From contig CDRNST010000083.1 in the NCBI GenBank assembly GCA_977016875.1, positions 930,001 to 994,000 on the forward strand: DNA of 64,000 nucleotides. The letters run 5' to 3'. This stretch comes from Pavona decussata. Taxonomy: Eukaryota. The notes under the pieces were generated by a model. It ran no database searches. It was not told the origin of the DNA and saw only the letters and a program-made list of their open reading frames with translations. The position numbers and the translations under genes were made by a program. Positions within the stretch are counted from its first letter, which is position 1, and every line of letters starts with the position of its first letter. This document shows positions 12,634 to 26,639 of this stretch, in pieces.

Positions 12634-14984
12634 ATATTTAAGAAAAAAAAGTTCAGGAAAAAAAGCAAAAGTCTTTGTTTTGGAAATGTTTTCCTAAAAT
12701 TGTCGGCAAAATAACCAGGAAAGTTATCTTTTCTTAATAGAGCCACACTTTTCTTAAACAAAATAAATTCTGAGCGGTCCGTACAGAAAATATCGGACCG
12801 CTAGAGGAGCCCATCAGAATGCAGCTTACCATGCGGGAGTAGCCTGAGTTCAGCCATGTAAGAAATTCCATATTTCATTAAAACAAATCAGTCCCTCCCA
12901 GTATCTTATCTACATTTTGAACGACCCGATAATTTAATGCATAGACATCTCCCACAGGGTAGCTTCCGTAAGTATATGTAGCATTTTAAAACTGAACTAA
13001 GTCGGTAAGTGGCACGCCTGACAAACAAATTAGTACAACGAGTTCTACTAGTTGGTATGCACAAATTTGCAGTAACTGTAATCTTTTATACCTGGCTTAG
13101 CAAACCTCAAAAGTTCTATATGAGCAAGATCAAGCAGGTACCCAGACAATAAACACAATTGAAAACTAACAGTTTAAAATACTTTGTCGTCTTTTAATAC
13201 CCTTATTCCAACACCTTGCATGATAAGTTCACATTTTTTTTTCGTGAATTTCTCAAGCTTGACGCAATTTGTAATATTTTTCAAATAGCGTAGGACATCC
13301 AAATTTGCGGATGACAATGATTTTTTTGGCAGGGTTGTCGTCAAATTTTAATAAGTGTTTTTGTTATGAAAATAAACGAATGAAACGGTAAAAATAGTAA
13401 CAGTTGTGGGCAGAATGCGGTATCTCGTAAATTAATGTTATTTTATTATGAATGCACCCTTGAGCTGGATCGAAACTTTATTGTTCGTGTTATCTAAAAA
13501 ATGTACGGGAACTCAGACAACTCCAAACATTTGAAGGTTTTCGATACGTAATGGTACAAAAATGCCTGGCATGATTCAACCCAATGAAGCTTGTTTTTCC
13601 TGTTACCACGCCCCCTGCGCGCTACAGGATCAGGAGTGAAGTCCAACCTATCATTTTTTTGACTCTAAATTGAAATGCGCAATTCGCAAGGAAGACTAAC
13701 AGGGACGTCTAAAATATGACTTATTAAAGGTTTTGGTCACACGTTCAGGCTTTCTATACTACGAGAAAGAGGAAGCGCAACGATCGGTACCGATCTACTA
13801 ATGTTTTTTCTTATATAGAGAGACCATTATAAACTTGTTTTACCCCGGTGAATCTTCTATTTTTTTATTCATGTTTTTAGCAGAGGTCCATGATTATTTT
13901 TTAGAAATAAGTATCACAGACAGGTCCTCCCACTCAGTGCGCGTTGTTCGCTGCCGTACGTGATCAAAACAAAAACATATAAACAATATTTATGTAAAGC
14001 GGTTTACTTTTATGACCAGTCTGGTCACATTCTTCGGGCCGTTAAGCGGTAGAAAATCTGAATATTAAGGCTGGATTGACTAGCATGTTTAACAAAGAAG
14101 TCAAAGAAGAGCTATACTTTTATTTGAAGAAATCGTGCGGTATGAAAATTCCATCTTCGATCCCAGTCCGGAATAGTGAACTCCATTCCAACAGTAAGCA
14201 AGCTGTTACTCAAAACCGTTTCATTGTAGGCTTTATGCATAAGTTTATGGCTAATATCTAACTCGAAATATTGGACATTCGAGTTGCAGTCTGCTCGTGG
14301 CTCACTTAAACTCGGAATTACTGAGTGATTCGCTCTGGGGACCCTTCATGTACTCGGTGAGGTTCGAATATCAGCAGCTCTCTGTGCAAATTTTTAGGAT
14401 TTTGATGGGATCCAAGACAGCACGATGTGAACGCAGCCCTCCAACTGCAACTTGAATGCTTGCCAGAAGTATATATATTTTTCTCTGGCAACAAGGTGCG
14501 TGAAATTATAGTACGCGTGGTATAACCGAGATTGATTGATCGAGAGACTGAGCTGAATGTCCCTTTCCCGCGGATAGTTCGTGAATCTGTTAACAATTGC
14601 ATAGAAATAAAAATTGAGGGAAATACGTCAATGCACTGATTCTTAAAAAAAATCGAAGAGAAGTTTCATTCAGTTCAGCGCAATTACAATATAATATCGA
14701 GTGACACTACAACCCACACTTATCAGAATTTCCGTGAGACTGGGCTCTTAAAGGCCACACAGCTTTTATACCCGAGCACTGCTGCTGCTATTTTAGTCAT
14801 CCCCATATATGGTTGTAAAATACACCGTATTGGTTCCTCTTGATCGATTGTTTGATTGAATGGGATCTGGAACCAATAAGATGGCAGTTAAAAAAGGCAA
14901 ATGACTTTCTCACAAGAAACCGCTTATTTGAGTGTGTGCAGTGAACCAGGACATGCTTGCAACGTGCATAGCTAGGGTTCAAAA

Positions 14985-16125
<1,141 letters not shown>

Positions 16126-17710
16126 GAGTTGTATGGAATGTAACCAAGTGCCTTCAATTATGGAACAATGCAGAGTATGTTTAAAGCTATATGGTATCTG
16201 CATTGCTATTTGCAATTTTTTTTAGGTATAAACGATGTTCCAAGGAAAAGACAGTAAAATATTTGGCTTCAAAAATGTTTTAATTGTGTCATCATAAAAA
16301 GAGAGAAAAAAACTTATTAAGGTGGTAAATTATGCCACTCATAAATGTGTACATTACATTGAGAAAACTGAAATAAATGCAAAGCATTCAAATAATTTTT
16401 TTGGTTGTTTGTTTCTTGTTTAGTAGCAGGTAGTTGTTATTATTTCTTTCTTTCAAAACGGCCTAAACGTTCAATTATAGTAATTTCATGCTATGTCAGT
16501 CATTCCACATAGGAATATACCATTAAATATCACTTTTCTTGTTCATGCATTGTGGAGCTTCCATGATTCTGAATCTTTTGCTGATCAGTTTTTCTGTAAT
16601 TTCCAAGCTTCATTTTACAAATTAATCTGGCCGTTTGTTGTGATGTCAGCTACATGCAACAAGCCCTATATAATTATGTTCTGGGAACTCAAAAGGTAAT
16701 TTGCATGTTACTGTGATAATTTGCAAGAGAAGACATTGACAGGCATGCATATGATTACTTGAGATAATGTGTTACATATGATTTGTTATGGCTAGGTAGT
16801 GAAACAAAATTGTATAAAGCTATTAACATTTTAATATACTACATCAAATCTTGTGTCCAACTAAAGAAAACTTTAATTATGTGGCTTGTGTCTGATTTAA
16901 AAACAGACAGATGTTTCCCTTAAATGGAAGGTCCTCTCCCTTCAGTTGATCCATGAACAGAGAGAAGGTTGAAATTACTTCATGTTGCAATTGCTATGAA
17001 AAACTGTCAAAAGTTTAAGCTTCTTTGTTGGTTTTGAATGGCCAAATGTAAGGAACTCGTAAAGCACTTGTTCAAGACAATATTAATAAATCATATAGCA
17101 CTTGCGTGGCTATCGGTAAACTTTGATGACTGTATAGGTTGTCATTTGTTATCAACCCAAGTGATAAATATTGTACAGGATGTCATAACATTTTGTTTCA
17201 CTCAATAACTTGTGATACCATCGGAGCCTGACAGCTCCAGTACTACTGTTGTAAAAATCATATCTACCACTGAAGTTCCTTGAATTTATATAAGTGGCAG
17301 GAAATTTTTACTGATAAATTTTCAGCAAGGATGTTGAACAAGGATGATGTCAATACAGAGAAAAAAATTATTCCAAAAAATAAAAAAAAAAATGCTAAAA
17401 GAAAAGGAGCAACTCTGCTGTCAACAAAACATATCTTTATTGCCAAGCACATGCTACACGACATAAGATGCCATTTTCACAAGAGTGTCTAGCCAATATT
17501 GCAGGCAGTGTATGCGGGAAAAAGTTTGCACTCAGACAAAACATTCTTTCGCATCAATTAAACCAGTCAGAATATTTCACTTTTTCATTGTTCAGTAATA
17601 TAATAAATCTTTTTTAACTGGACTCTGAACCATGACAGGCGACACTTTGAACTGTTCTACAGATCATGTATGTAGTAGGGCATGCATGTTATAAATATTA
17701 TTTATTTGTC

Positions 17711-17790
<80 letters not shown>
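17711..17790. repeat. (TAT)n microsatellite
   Basis: About 26 perfect units; source of the poly-Ile ORF. Confidence 0.95.
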
Positions 17791-17791
<1 letters not shown>

Positions 17792-18385
17792 GTCTTTTAT
17801 TTATCATCATCATCATCATGACACAAGCAAATCGTGACATCAAGCGGATTACAAAAATGTGCATATAGTGATTAATTTCCGTCAATTATTTGCACTCGGT
17901 GATCGTAAAAAGATATAGCTTTGCCACCTGGAGTCCAAAATCCGTAGTCCAATCCAGAGTCCGGAGTTTAGCCTAATGACTCCCACGAGCGGCGCGACCG
18001 CTCATCAAATTTAGAAGAAAACCGAGCAAGCGTCCGCGAAATACGCCAGCCGCCTGAAAAGAAGCCTGCCTCGTGTTTCCAAAGGCAAGGCGATTTTTTT
18101 TTTCGCGCGCCGACGAGTGAAGGATATGGGAATCTTCCGATATTTGTCAGCTGAATGTCAGCATATAAACTCTTCAATAAATACAAGTCCATTTTACAGT
18201 TATGTTTCCCTTAATGTTATGTTATGTTTCCTTGTGGCCCCGATGGCTTTTTTAATAGTATTATTCTTATATACATTGTACCTTCCTGCTTCAACACTAT
18301 CGGATGCAGTTTTCTACAGTTCTTCGAAAAGACAGAGCTTGGTAACCAGGCGTCTATTTCTTATCAGAACAGGGTCGGATGAGGG

Positions 18386-19722
18386 TCCCCAAGAGGGTTC
18401 TCCAATCCCGCCATCCCGGACAAAATTTTCCCTCAATCACGTCATCCCGACCGCTGTTTTAGCCCAATCCCGATCCTGGTCGGGTCATAATTTTTTTCAA
18501 GCCCCTTACCTCGACGAAAAAAGTCATTTTCAGTTGGATGTAAATTCCCACTGCAAATCTGAACACTGATCTTTGCACTGGTCTTCGGTCACCGAGAAAT
18601 TAGCTGTAAGCTGTAAGATTATTTACCCTATTTCTCTCCATCAACATCGTTCATTTTATCAAAGTTTCCCGCGAATCACGTCAGTCTATAATTCAGTTAA
18701 CAATTTCTTTTTAGAGCTTGTTCGTTTCCTTTTTTTTTTCTTTTTTCTCTCAATTGATTGGTGAGGGCTGTCTTTCTTATCACGCTGATCCTTGGAAAAC
18801 TTTTCAGTCAGGGATAATGGCCATCAAAGCCTGAAGAGCATTGCTACTCACGTACCACAACGTGGCTGCAACAGATATTTGAAAAAGGTGACAGGCCAAA
18901 CACGACTGCCACTGGTCTTAGACTTCTAGATTAAGTGCTTTCCTGAGTATGTTTCTGAGAGATTTTCCTTTTTGATCAAAATGTGGTGAGATCTCGCTGT
19001 TGACCTTTGATTTTGATCATGAAGGAAACTACTCAAATTTACCGAAGGGAGGTTTTCTTATCATTCGGAGCCGTTTGAATTAGTTCCTTTATGCCGTTGT
19101 GTACGCTAGCTCTGTTGCATTTGTTTAGGTTTATCGGCTCAAGTTAACTGCAAGGTTTCAGCGAGCACTGAAGAAATTTTATCTGTAAAGACATTGGACC
19201 CGTAAATTTCTTTTCTCGTCCAGGACGGTAACAGCGGTGAGCTTCTGTTTATAACAATTTTTTTATTTACTGTTCAACCAGTAACCTCGTTCTTAGCTTT
19301 AGAGGACCCTGGGAACGAGTTTGTTCAAACATTTGTAAAGAACGAGATGTTAACCAGTATGTTTGTAAAATTCATCTCTCTCCTTAGGTGAATTTCAGGC
19401 ATCCTGACAGTGACAACTTATGCAAGGAGTCTCGTTATTGGAACTTATCGTTCTGTGAGTTCTCTCCTGTCAGAGGTTTCTTCATGTTGTTTTTTCTCCC
19501 CTGGCGAAGTTTATAAATAAAAATCAAAAATAAAATAGATTTTCATTAGCTTCCCGGATCTCGTTTCTTTAGAGTTACATTTCCCGCATCCCGCTTTGTA
19601 AAATCGTCAAATCCCGCTTCCCGTCCCTAATTCTAATCCCGAATATCGTCGCTCTTTTCCGTTAAAATCCCGAATCCCGACCTTTAAAAAGCCAAATCCC
19701 GGATCCCGAAAAACCTATTGGG
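18386..19722. mobile_element. Probable non-autonomous DNA transposon with subterminal ATCCCG arrays
   Basis: ATCCCG/TCCCG clusters at 18404-18475 and 19552-19709; weak terminal inverted match CCCAAGAGG / CCTATTGGG. Confidence 0.45.
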
Positions 19723-20283
19723 CTTTACTTACTTCGTTCCTTTCATATAACAGATCCTTACAGTGATCTTGTGTGAAAATATGGCTAATTCGCTTATTAC
19801 GAATATTCCTTATATTCTCAGGTTTCAAACGGTCGAGAAAGCAACAAATGGATCGCGATTTTGAAAAAGATGACGATATTTTTTGAATTTTCAATACATG
19901 ATTCGATGTGACCCACATCTTCGTCAGTTACAAAAAGTATTTGAAAAACAGTTTGAAATTATAACCTATAGAAGCATGCATATGGTTTCAATACACATAG
20001 TCTGGGGAAAGTTCAGCTTTATAGTTTAACTTATTGGGTCAATTATTAAAAGACAGTTTAGACGGTGTTTAACAAAACTACGTTCTAAGTCATTTTCAAT
20101 TTTGCAAACAGTCATATCCGTAGCTGCGGCAACAAGAAGGCTTGCATCCCAGACTAGAAAACCGTATTTATCTACTTAAAATAAACCACTTAATGTTATA
20201 GAAAGATTTGGAGACCAACTGGTCTTGAGCCGTGGCCTAGGTTAGACTCTGAACTGCATTCTATCCCCCCTGGAGTTATTACA

Positions 20284-21023
20284 TCATTCCTGACCAAACT
20301 GATTGCGGGTTTTGTTTGGCAGCTGTACTAAAGACCGCTTAGTCTCAAGTGTTGGTAAAATTGTTTTAGCTGTAATCGGCTTAGAAAGCGCAATATCGTC
20401 CGTTCGATGACTTAACTTAGCCGCTCCGTCAACTGGCAAAAGCTGCAGACATTTTTTGTACGATGTCCTGACGTGACGTGTCTTATCTTCTGTAAGTAAA
20501 CTGGGGCCTTTTACTACATCGGCGCTCATCAATGAAATGACAGATGGAGTAAATCGTTGTCTTTTCAACAGCGTATTTGTAGCTTTTGCTGCTAAAGGCT
20601 GTCTTAAACCTTCCACCCTCTTGTCGATCTTTGATTTTCTATTTGATGCAAGCTTCTTTTCTAATTTAGCTATTTTAAACACTTGTGGAAGATCCTTTCT
20701 TTGCCTTTCGGCCGGCAGAAGTTGTCGTCTTTTCTCACAAATCCTCTCACATCTGCACGTATGACATTCGCACTCATCTTCTTTAGCCCTGATTCTTGGC
20801 TTGTTTGACAACGATTCTGCTTCTTCGTCTACTATGCCAAATGTTTTCTTTGTGATCGTAGGCTTCGTTCCAGAGTCAATGTGTAAAAGGCTTTAGAAGT
20901 TATTTAGTTTCTCGTGAGTTTGCTGTAACTGCCAAAAAGACGCGTTTATTTCCGGCAAGTGTTTCTGCGTTATTTTCAATCTGCTTTCGCTAGGTGGCAC
21001 ATAGCCATAATATAAACAGCATC
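20284..21023 (-). pseudogene. Long terminal-exon-like reading frame (about 245 codons) of an uncharacterised basic protein, interrupted by one TAA
   Basis: ORFs 20893-21081 and 20284-20811 share a frame and only TAA at 20893-20895 separates them; strong poly-T/CAG acceptor just before 21023; Cys cluster CECHTCRC. Confidence 0.5.
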
Positions 21024-24000
21024 CTGAAAAAAAAAAAAGAAGATAAAATTGAACGTAAAATATTCTATCGTGGCAAGACATATAATTGACACAATTACAT
21101 GCTCTTAAACATGAAATACCACCATTCTGCTGATGGATACCCTGTATACAGTCAACAAGTTCTTGGCGGACAACTTTTCATTAATTTCGGTAACTATATA
21201 TGTATAGAACAACTGAATAGCTATTAAACACAACCAAACCAGCACCACTAGCAGTACCTCCTGTCAGGGTTAATCAAATGGAGGAGAAACTTGCTAGCAC
21301 ACGTGATCGCTGGGTGTTTTCCAGTTCATTGTGCGCATCTTCACGATTAAGACATACTCTACAGTTCCGGTAGCCTAAGCCAAACCTCAACCTACGTTTT
21401 ATACACTTAATACTCTTTAAAGCTATCGCCTGGCCTCAATGCGCACAGGTGAGAAGAGGAGTTTGGATGAAGGAGGGGACAGCAGGTAGTTTAGATTAGT
21501 GTCAACTGTATCCCCGTGCGAACGGACTGGGGAGAACGAGCCTTCAGACGCTGAACACTTCAGATCACCTAGAGTGGTCGATATGTATTGAAGTTAATAT
21601 AAAATGAACGCTTTAAGAACAACTTGATTTGTCTTGTCAACCAATCTCACGGTTCGCGATTAGTTTTTCTCTTTCATTGAAGAAAAGCTGTCAAAATTCA
21701 CTCAGGACCCTTCTGACACATCTCTTGCACCGTTTAAAAAGGAGTTACCGTTCTGTTTTTGCTGAAGCATTTAAGGCAAGTCTTGGATAGATTTGTCAAA
21801 CTTTCTCCCTCTATGCAGGGGTTAAATCATATTCAGGTTGGGTAGGTAATGCCCTTCATGCGGGTAAGCTGGCCTACACCTTTGTTGCCTGGCATGAAGT
21901 TGAAATAATCCAAGCAACTTTGTTTCGTGTCGCCTTAGAAGTTCTGAAAGCTAATAGTAGTCTTTCTTCTTAGGATGCTCCAACAAGACTGGGCGAGTCA
22001 CCCTCAATAAATTTTCGCACCTGATTTATTTCCAAATGGGAATATTTGGTGCTCTTCTTCATTGAACCACTCGACTATTCCTAGGAGCGAGAGAGAGAGT
22101 GTGGTAATAAAATAAAAGGGTTAAAAAGCTTGATAAGCTGGCCTTCAGGACCCATTTATTGGCCCATTGATTTAGTTCATTTTAACATTTTAATAGTGAA
22201 GAATGTTTGAATTTTTATACTTTTTTCTGGAGGTAAAAACACTGATTTGAAATATCAGCATCAGTATCCTTTCAGGTGAGAGATATTCTGACTGTACTCT
22301 TCCACTGATTTGTTCGGCAGCTAACATATTAATTTAGCATAGCGTTTAATTTCAGAATTTCAGAATAGCGTTTAGTTTCAGCCTTTTGTGCAGTGAGTTG
22401 CATGGTCAAGATGATTGAGATTATTTGATGAATTACTGATGGAAAAATCAATCGTCGGATTCCCAAACTATGGGCATTTTTTGGTAAAAATTAAGTTTAA
22501 AAAATATGCGGAAATGCCAAATGTTTTTACTTTCACAAAACATAAATAACATTTCCTTAAAAATTCCAACTTTTTGCATTTAAAATGCCAACAAATCAAG
22601 AAATCAGTTAAATCATACCTGCCAAAAAGCGAGACCCAAAAATATGACCAACGCGACATGAAATGATTCGCGCCACAAAATCTTTGCTATTTGATAATTT
22701 CCTATAATTCCTGAAAATTGAACTGTTGGAGTCTACCTTTCTGGTTATTAACAAAAATGTTTGTCGAGATAGAGTCTTATAAAGCAAGACACAATTCAAT
22801 GGGACTCAACTCTTTCACGAACAATGGAACGAAGGCTTCGAACGGGAATTAGAAGATGAGGAGAACAATAAGGACGACAAGCTGTTTAACAGCTACAATA
22901 ATAAGACTAGAATTCTAACTGATTTCTTCATGGTAACACCTTTTTATAAATAAATTTTGCGTTTATTAATCACACAGCCTAGGCGGATCAAGAAAGCCTC
23001 AACTTTGAATGTAACTTAATCGCACCTGAGTCATCATGCAGAAGAAGCAACTGACTCAGTTCCCATCCACAAAGATCCGCTCGTGATGAAACACTCACGG
23101 GATTCCTGTAAACAGAGACGCATTATGTGGGTAAGTACTAACGTGAGGTTAGACTCAGTTCACAAATGGAGTAAAGTTGTTTGCTTTTGTTCACACCGAG
23201 ATTGAACATTTCCATTGGTTAGTAAATTAAATATATATATGCTGGTCGGCTCGTAGGACTGGAAAATGTCCTTAATGAACAAAATGTTTGCAAAAGCCGT
23301 CCCGTTTTTCTCACTAGAACATTCCCAATGGGAGGGAATTCGTGTTCTATCAACAACAGTAACCTCAATGAAGATGGTTTGCAATCGTTCAGAGTATTGA
23401 GGGCATCCCAGGGGTTTGGGGGAACAAGAGAACTTAGAGAACAAAGGATATCTTGAAATAACTTTAAGGGAACTGTTGCGTCTTTTGGAGAACAGAGGAA
23501 CATTAATTTTCCAGCTTGTAAGAATATCCCATCCGTATATGTTTTGTTATTGGACCATTTTTGCTGTTTCTCGCAGTCAGTTGCAATTATAGCGAGGCCT
23601 GGAAAAAAATTTGCTCTTGAGAAAAAAAACTGCTGATGCCTTTTAAGGCAAGTAAGGTAACGTCATCCTGCCATTAGTTACACCGTCAACCGCCATTACC
23701 ATTCTATGCTCTACAAACTCTGTCAAAATGGAAACGGAAAATGAAGAAATTCAAGTTTCAGGAAACACAGCAGTAATTGTACTGGTTAACAATTTACCAC
23801 GATGAAAATGAAAAGCCGACAGAGAGATGGTGTTTCGACTGACTCGGTTTGAGGATGATTGCATTTTTAAAAATCGCTTGCAGAAGGGATTTGGGATTAA
23901 GATAAGTGTGCAATGGTTAAGTTAACATCGTCAAGTACAAAATTCAGCTGTCCTCAAAGGACTTTCTCGACCAAGGTTATTATTAACACACCATTGCGTT

Positions 24001-26639
24001 AGAAGGCCAAAGCGACATTTCAGTGCTAGTGAATGTCTGTTTTCTCTTGGTTTGACGCGGTCGGTTTACTTCAAGATCACTTATATCCGGATCAGTTTAC
24101 TCGTACTTTTGTCTTTGGATTTTCATTCGTCCGCCTCGTTTCCAAAACATGCACTTGCAAAGACATATAAAAGGGTAAGTTACAGCTCTATCGAGCAGTG
24201 AATACTTGTTGAATTAATTTAGTTGTCAAAGACATATACTTCAGTGTCGACAACCTTCTCTTTAGTCTCTCTGAGAGACCCTGAGCTGGATGGGAAAAAT
24301 ATCAGAATTCAACAGTAATCAGTCTGAATGCGACATTTTATCTTAACACTGAATAAAGACGTTTAAAAGCTTCGCTGTGACCAGAGTGTATTGTTGCTAG
24401 ATTTACAATTGTTTCATAGATTGTCGAGATGAAAATAACAGTGAAGCAAATATCATTTACGCCATCGGTTACCATGAAACCATCGCGCACCATGGCATTT
24501 ACCCAATGACAGCCAAGGTATTGTGCCTGGTATAAAACCTGCCTTCTCACAATACGTATGCCGACTTGTTGAAAATTTCGTTTGTAATGAGTTCAGATCG
24601 AAACTTTGAAGCCGAAAACATTTTAAAACTGTCCTTTCTAACACATTCAAGACGACAAATAAACAATTAACTATATAAATTGAGTGCATTGGCGGGTTCC
24701 ATTCTTTTGAAAAAATGCATTATTTCAAAACAATACGCCAATGTATGAGAACGAAATGTTTGTGATACAAAAATCGTTACCGCGAGATGTAATAATCTGA
24801 TAGTCATAAATAGAACGTTCCTATAGCTATTTCATACAAGGTATGATTTGTTGTTAGTCTAGTTGAATCTTTTACCAAAGCAATCCATTCTATTCATTTT
24901 CAGTAACCATGTATTTGAAAATGAAAGCATTTACCTCGTATCTTGCTCTGGAGGGAAATGAGATCTTAAGCCGCCATGCTTACCCTGGTAATCTGTTCTC
25001 ATGCTATACCTAGTGTACACAAGATCATGTAAAGGTTATTTCATGCGTCCGATTTCAATGGTGATCACTTTCTACTCCTAACCTGTCACCCGAAACGTAA
25101 TTTAAAAATATCATGTCCATGTTTTTTTCTTCAAAGCTACGTCAGTTATGCCGCTTTACGTGAAAACAATGTTTGCGGCGCTAACGACACATAAATAAAT
25201 TAAGGCTTAGTGATCCATCCAATTAACAACTCACAACACACATTACGGTACAAATGTGGATTTTTTTATTCACCATTTCCACGAGATTCCTTCGTTTAAA
25301 GTATACAGCAGGCCGCTCCTATTGTATATAGTCAACACATTTCACAGCAAACAAAACCATATTCGTGTTATTTTTTTTCTGCATTTGCTAAGCCACGTAC
25401 ATTAGGCGGTTTTTAACAGCTTTTTTTCAAGATTAATGGGTCGTGTTTTAAAGGAATCTTAATGCTAATAAGAAAACAATAATTCATCTAATTATCCCTG
25501 TGGGAAATTCATTGAGATGAAGCTCTACAGCCATTGAGCTGTACTCAGTTAATAATGCAAAAGTAATTATCAACTGAGAGTAGTGTCTAATTGGAAAAGG
25601 TGTCTAATTTGGCGCCAATGTTTACTTATATTAACATTAACAGAAAAATTTCTCAAACAGAAAATTTATATTTCTGAACTTATTTCTTTATGGACAGTAT
25701 TACTTTTTTTTGAAAACATTAGTAGACTTGCGAATTGTATCTAGAGAGATAAACTTTTAACCCTTTTCTGATCGCAAAAAAATTATGCTAAAACTTTAAT
25801 TCGTATTGTTCTTTGTCTTTGATACACGTAAGTTCTTATCTTTTGCCAGGGGTTTTAAACTTGATTTTGAAATCCACCTACCCTACCCCACATAGTAAAA
25901 GCGGATCTCTTTCCCAGTCTCGCTCACTCCGCTCATTAGCAGCAGCGGGCAAATAATAACTCGCCAAAACACTTTACTTGACAATAGTATCGATATGCGA
26001 GAGGCCGTTGAAGAGGATCACCAGAAAGGCCATTCACGTGGGAGTGCGGAGCAGGCAGGAGAAAGGGGAGACAAAAAAGAACAACCAGGAACTGATCCAA
26101 ATCCTATGTTTGCACCAATGGAGGGTCAATGGTCAGGACTAACACGCGAGAATTTTAGCCAAACTAGACAAGCCTAAACCAACGACTTGTTACATTAAAT
26201 AAATATTTACTAACACAAACCACGCTTATATTTTTCCTTTCTCTGAACTCATACCCGGCCTGCCAAGAGAAAGCATCTTGGTCACCGTATGTTCCCACGG
26301 ACGGATAAGTATTTTAAAACGTCCGCACACAGGAAAAATTTTAAAAAAGGACACCTTAGCAAAGGTACTCCAATCTGCTAGCAGAGGTTTTTGCAGCTTC
26401 TCCTTTTCTTTAACCTAAGCCATTTAAAAATAATAAGAAAACATACGGCGACAAAGAAAAACCTGTGTTAGCAGTGTTATTTTCAAACAACAAACAAGAA
26501 CAATTTTTAAACAAACGGTGCGTCATACAGCAAACTTTGTAACAGTGATAACTGTTAACTTTTACACAGGCTAACTTATCAGTTGGTAACACCCTCGATT
26601 TATCATAAACTGGTAATTGGTTTCTTAGATCCCTAGAGT

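Noticed and set aside
17664-17885. Poly-Ile ORF
   Set aside because: Translation of the (TAT)n microsatellite
18117-18569. 150-aa ORF with a hydrophobic stretch
   Set aside because: GTG start, runs into a repeat element, no domain signature
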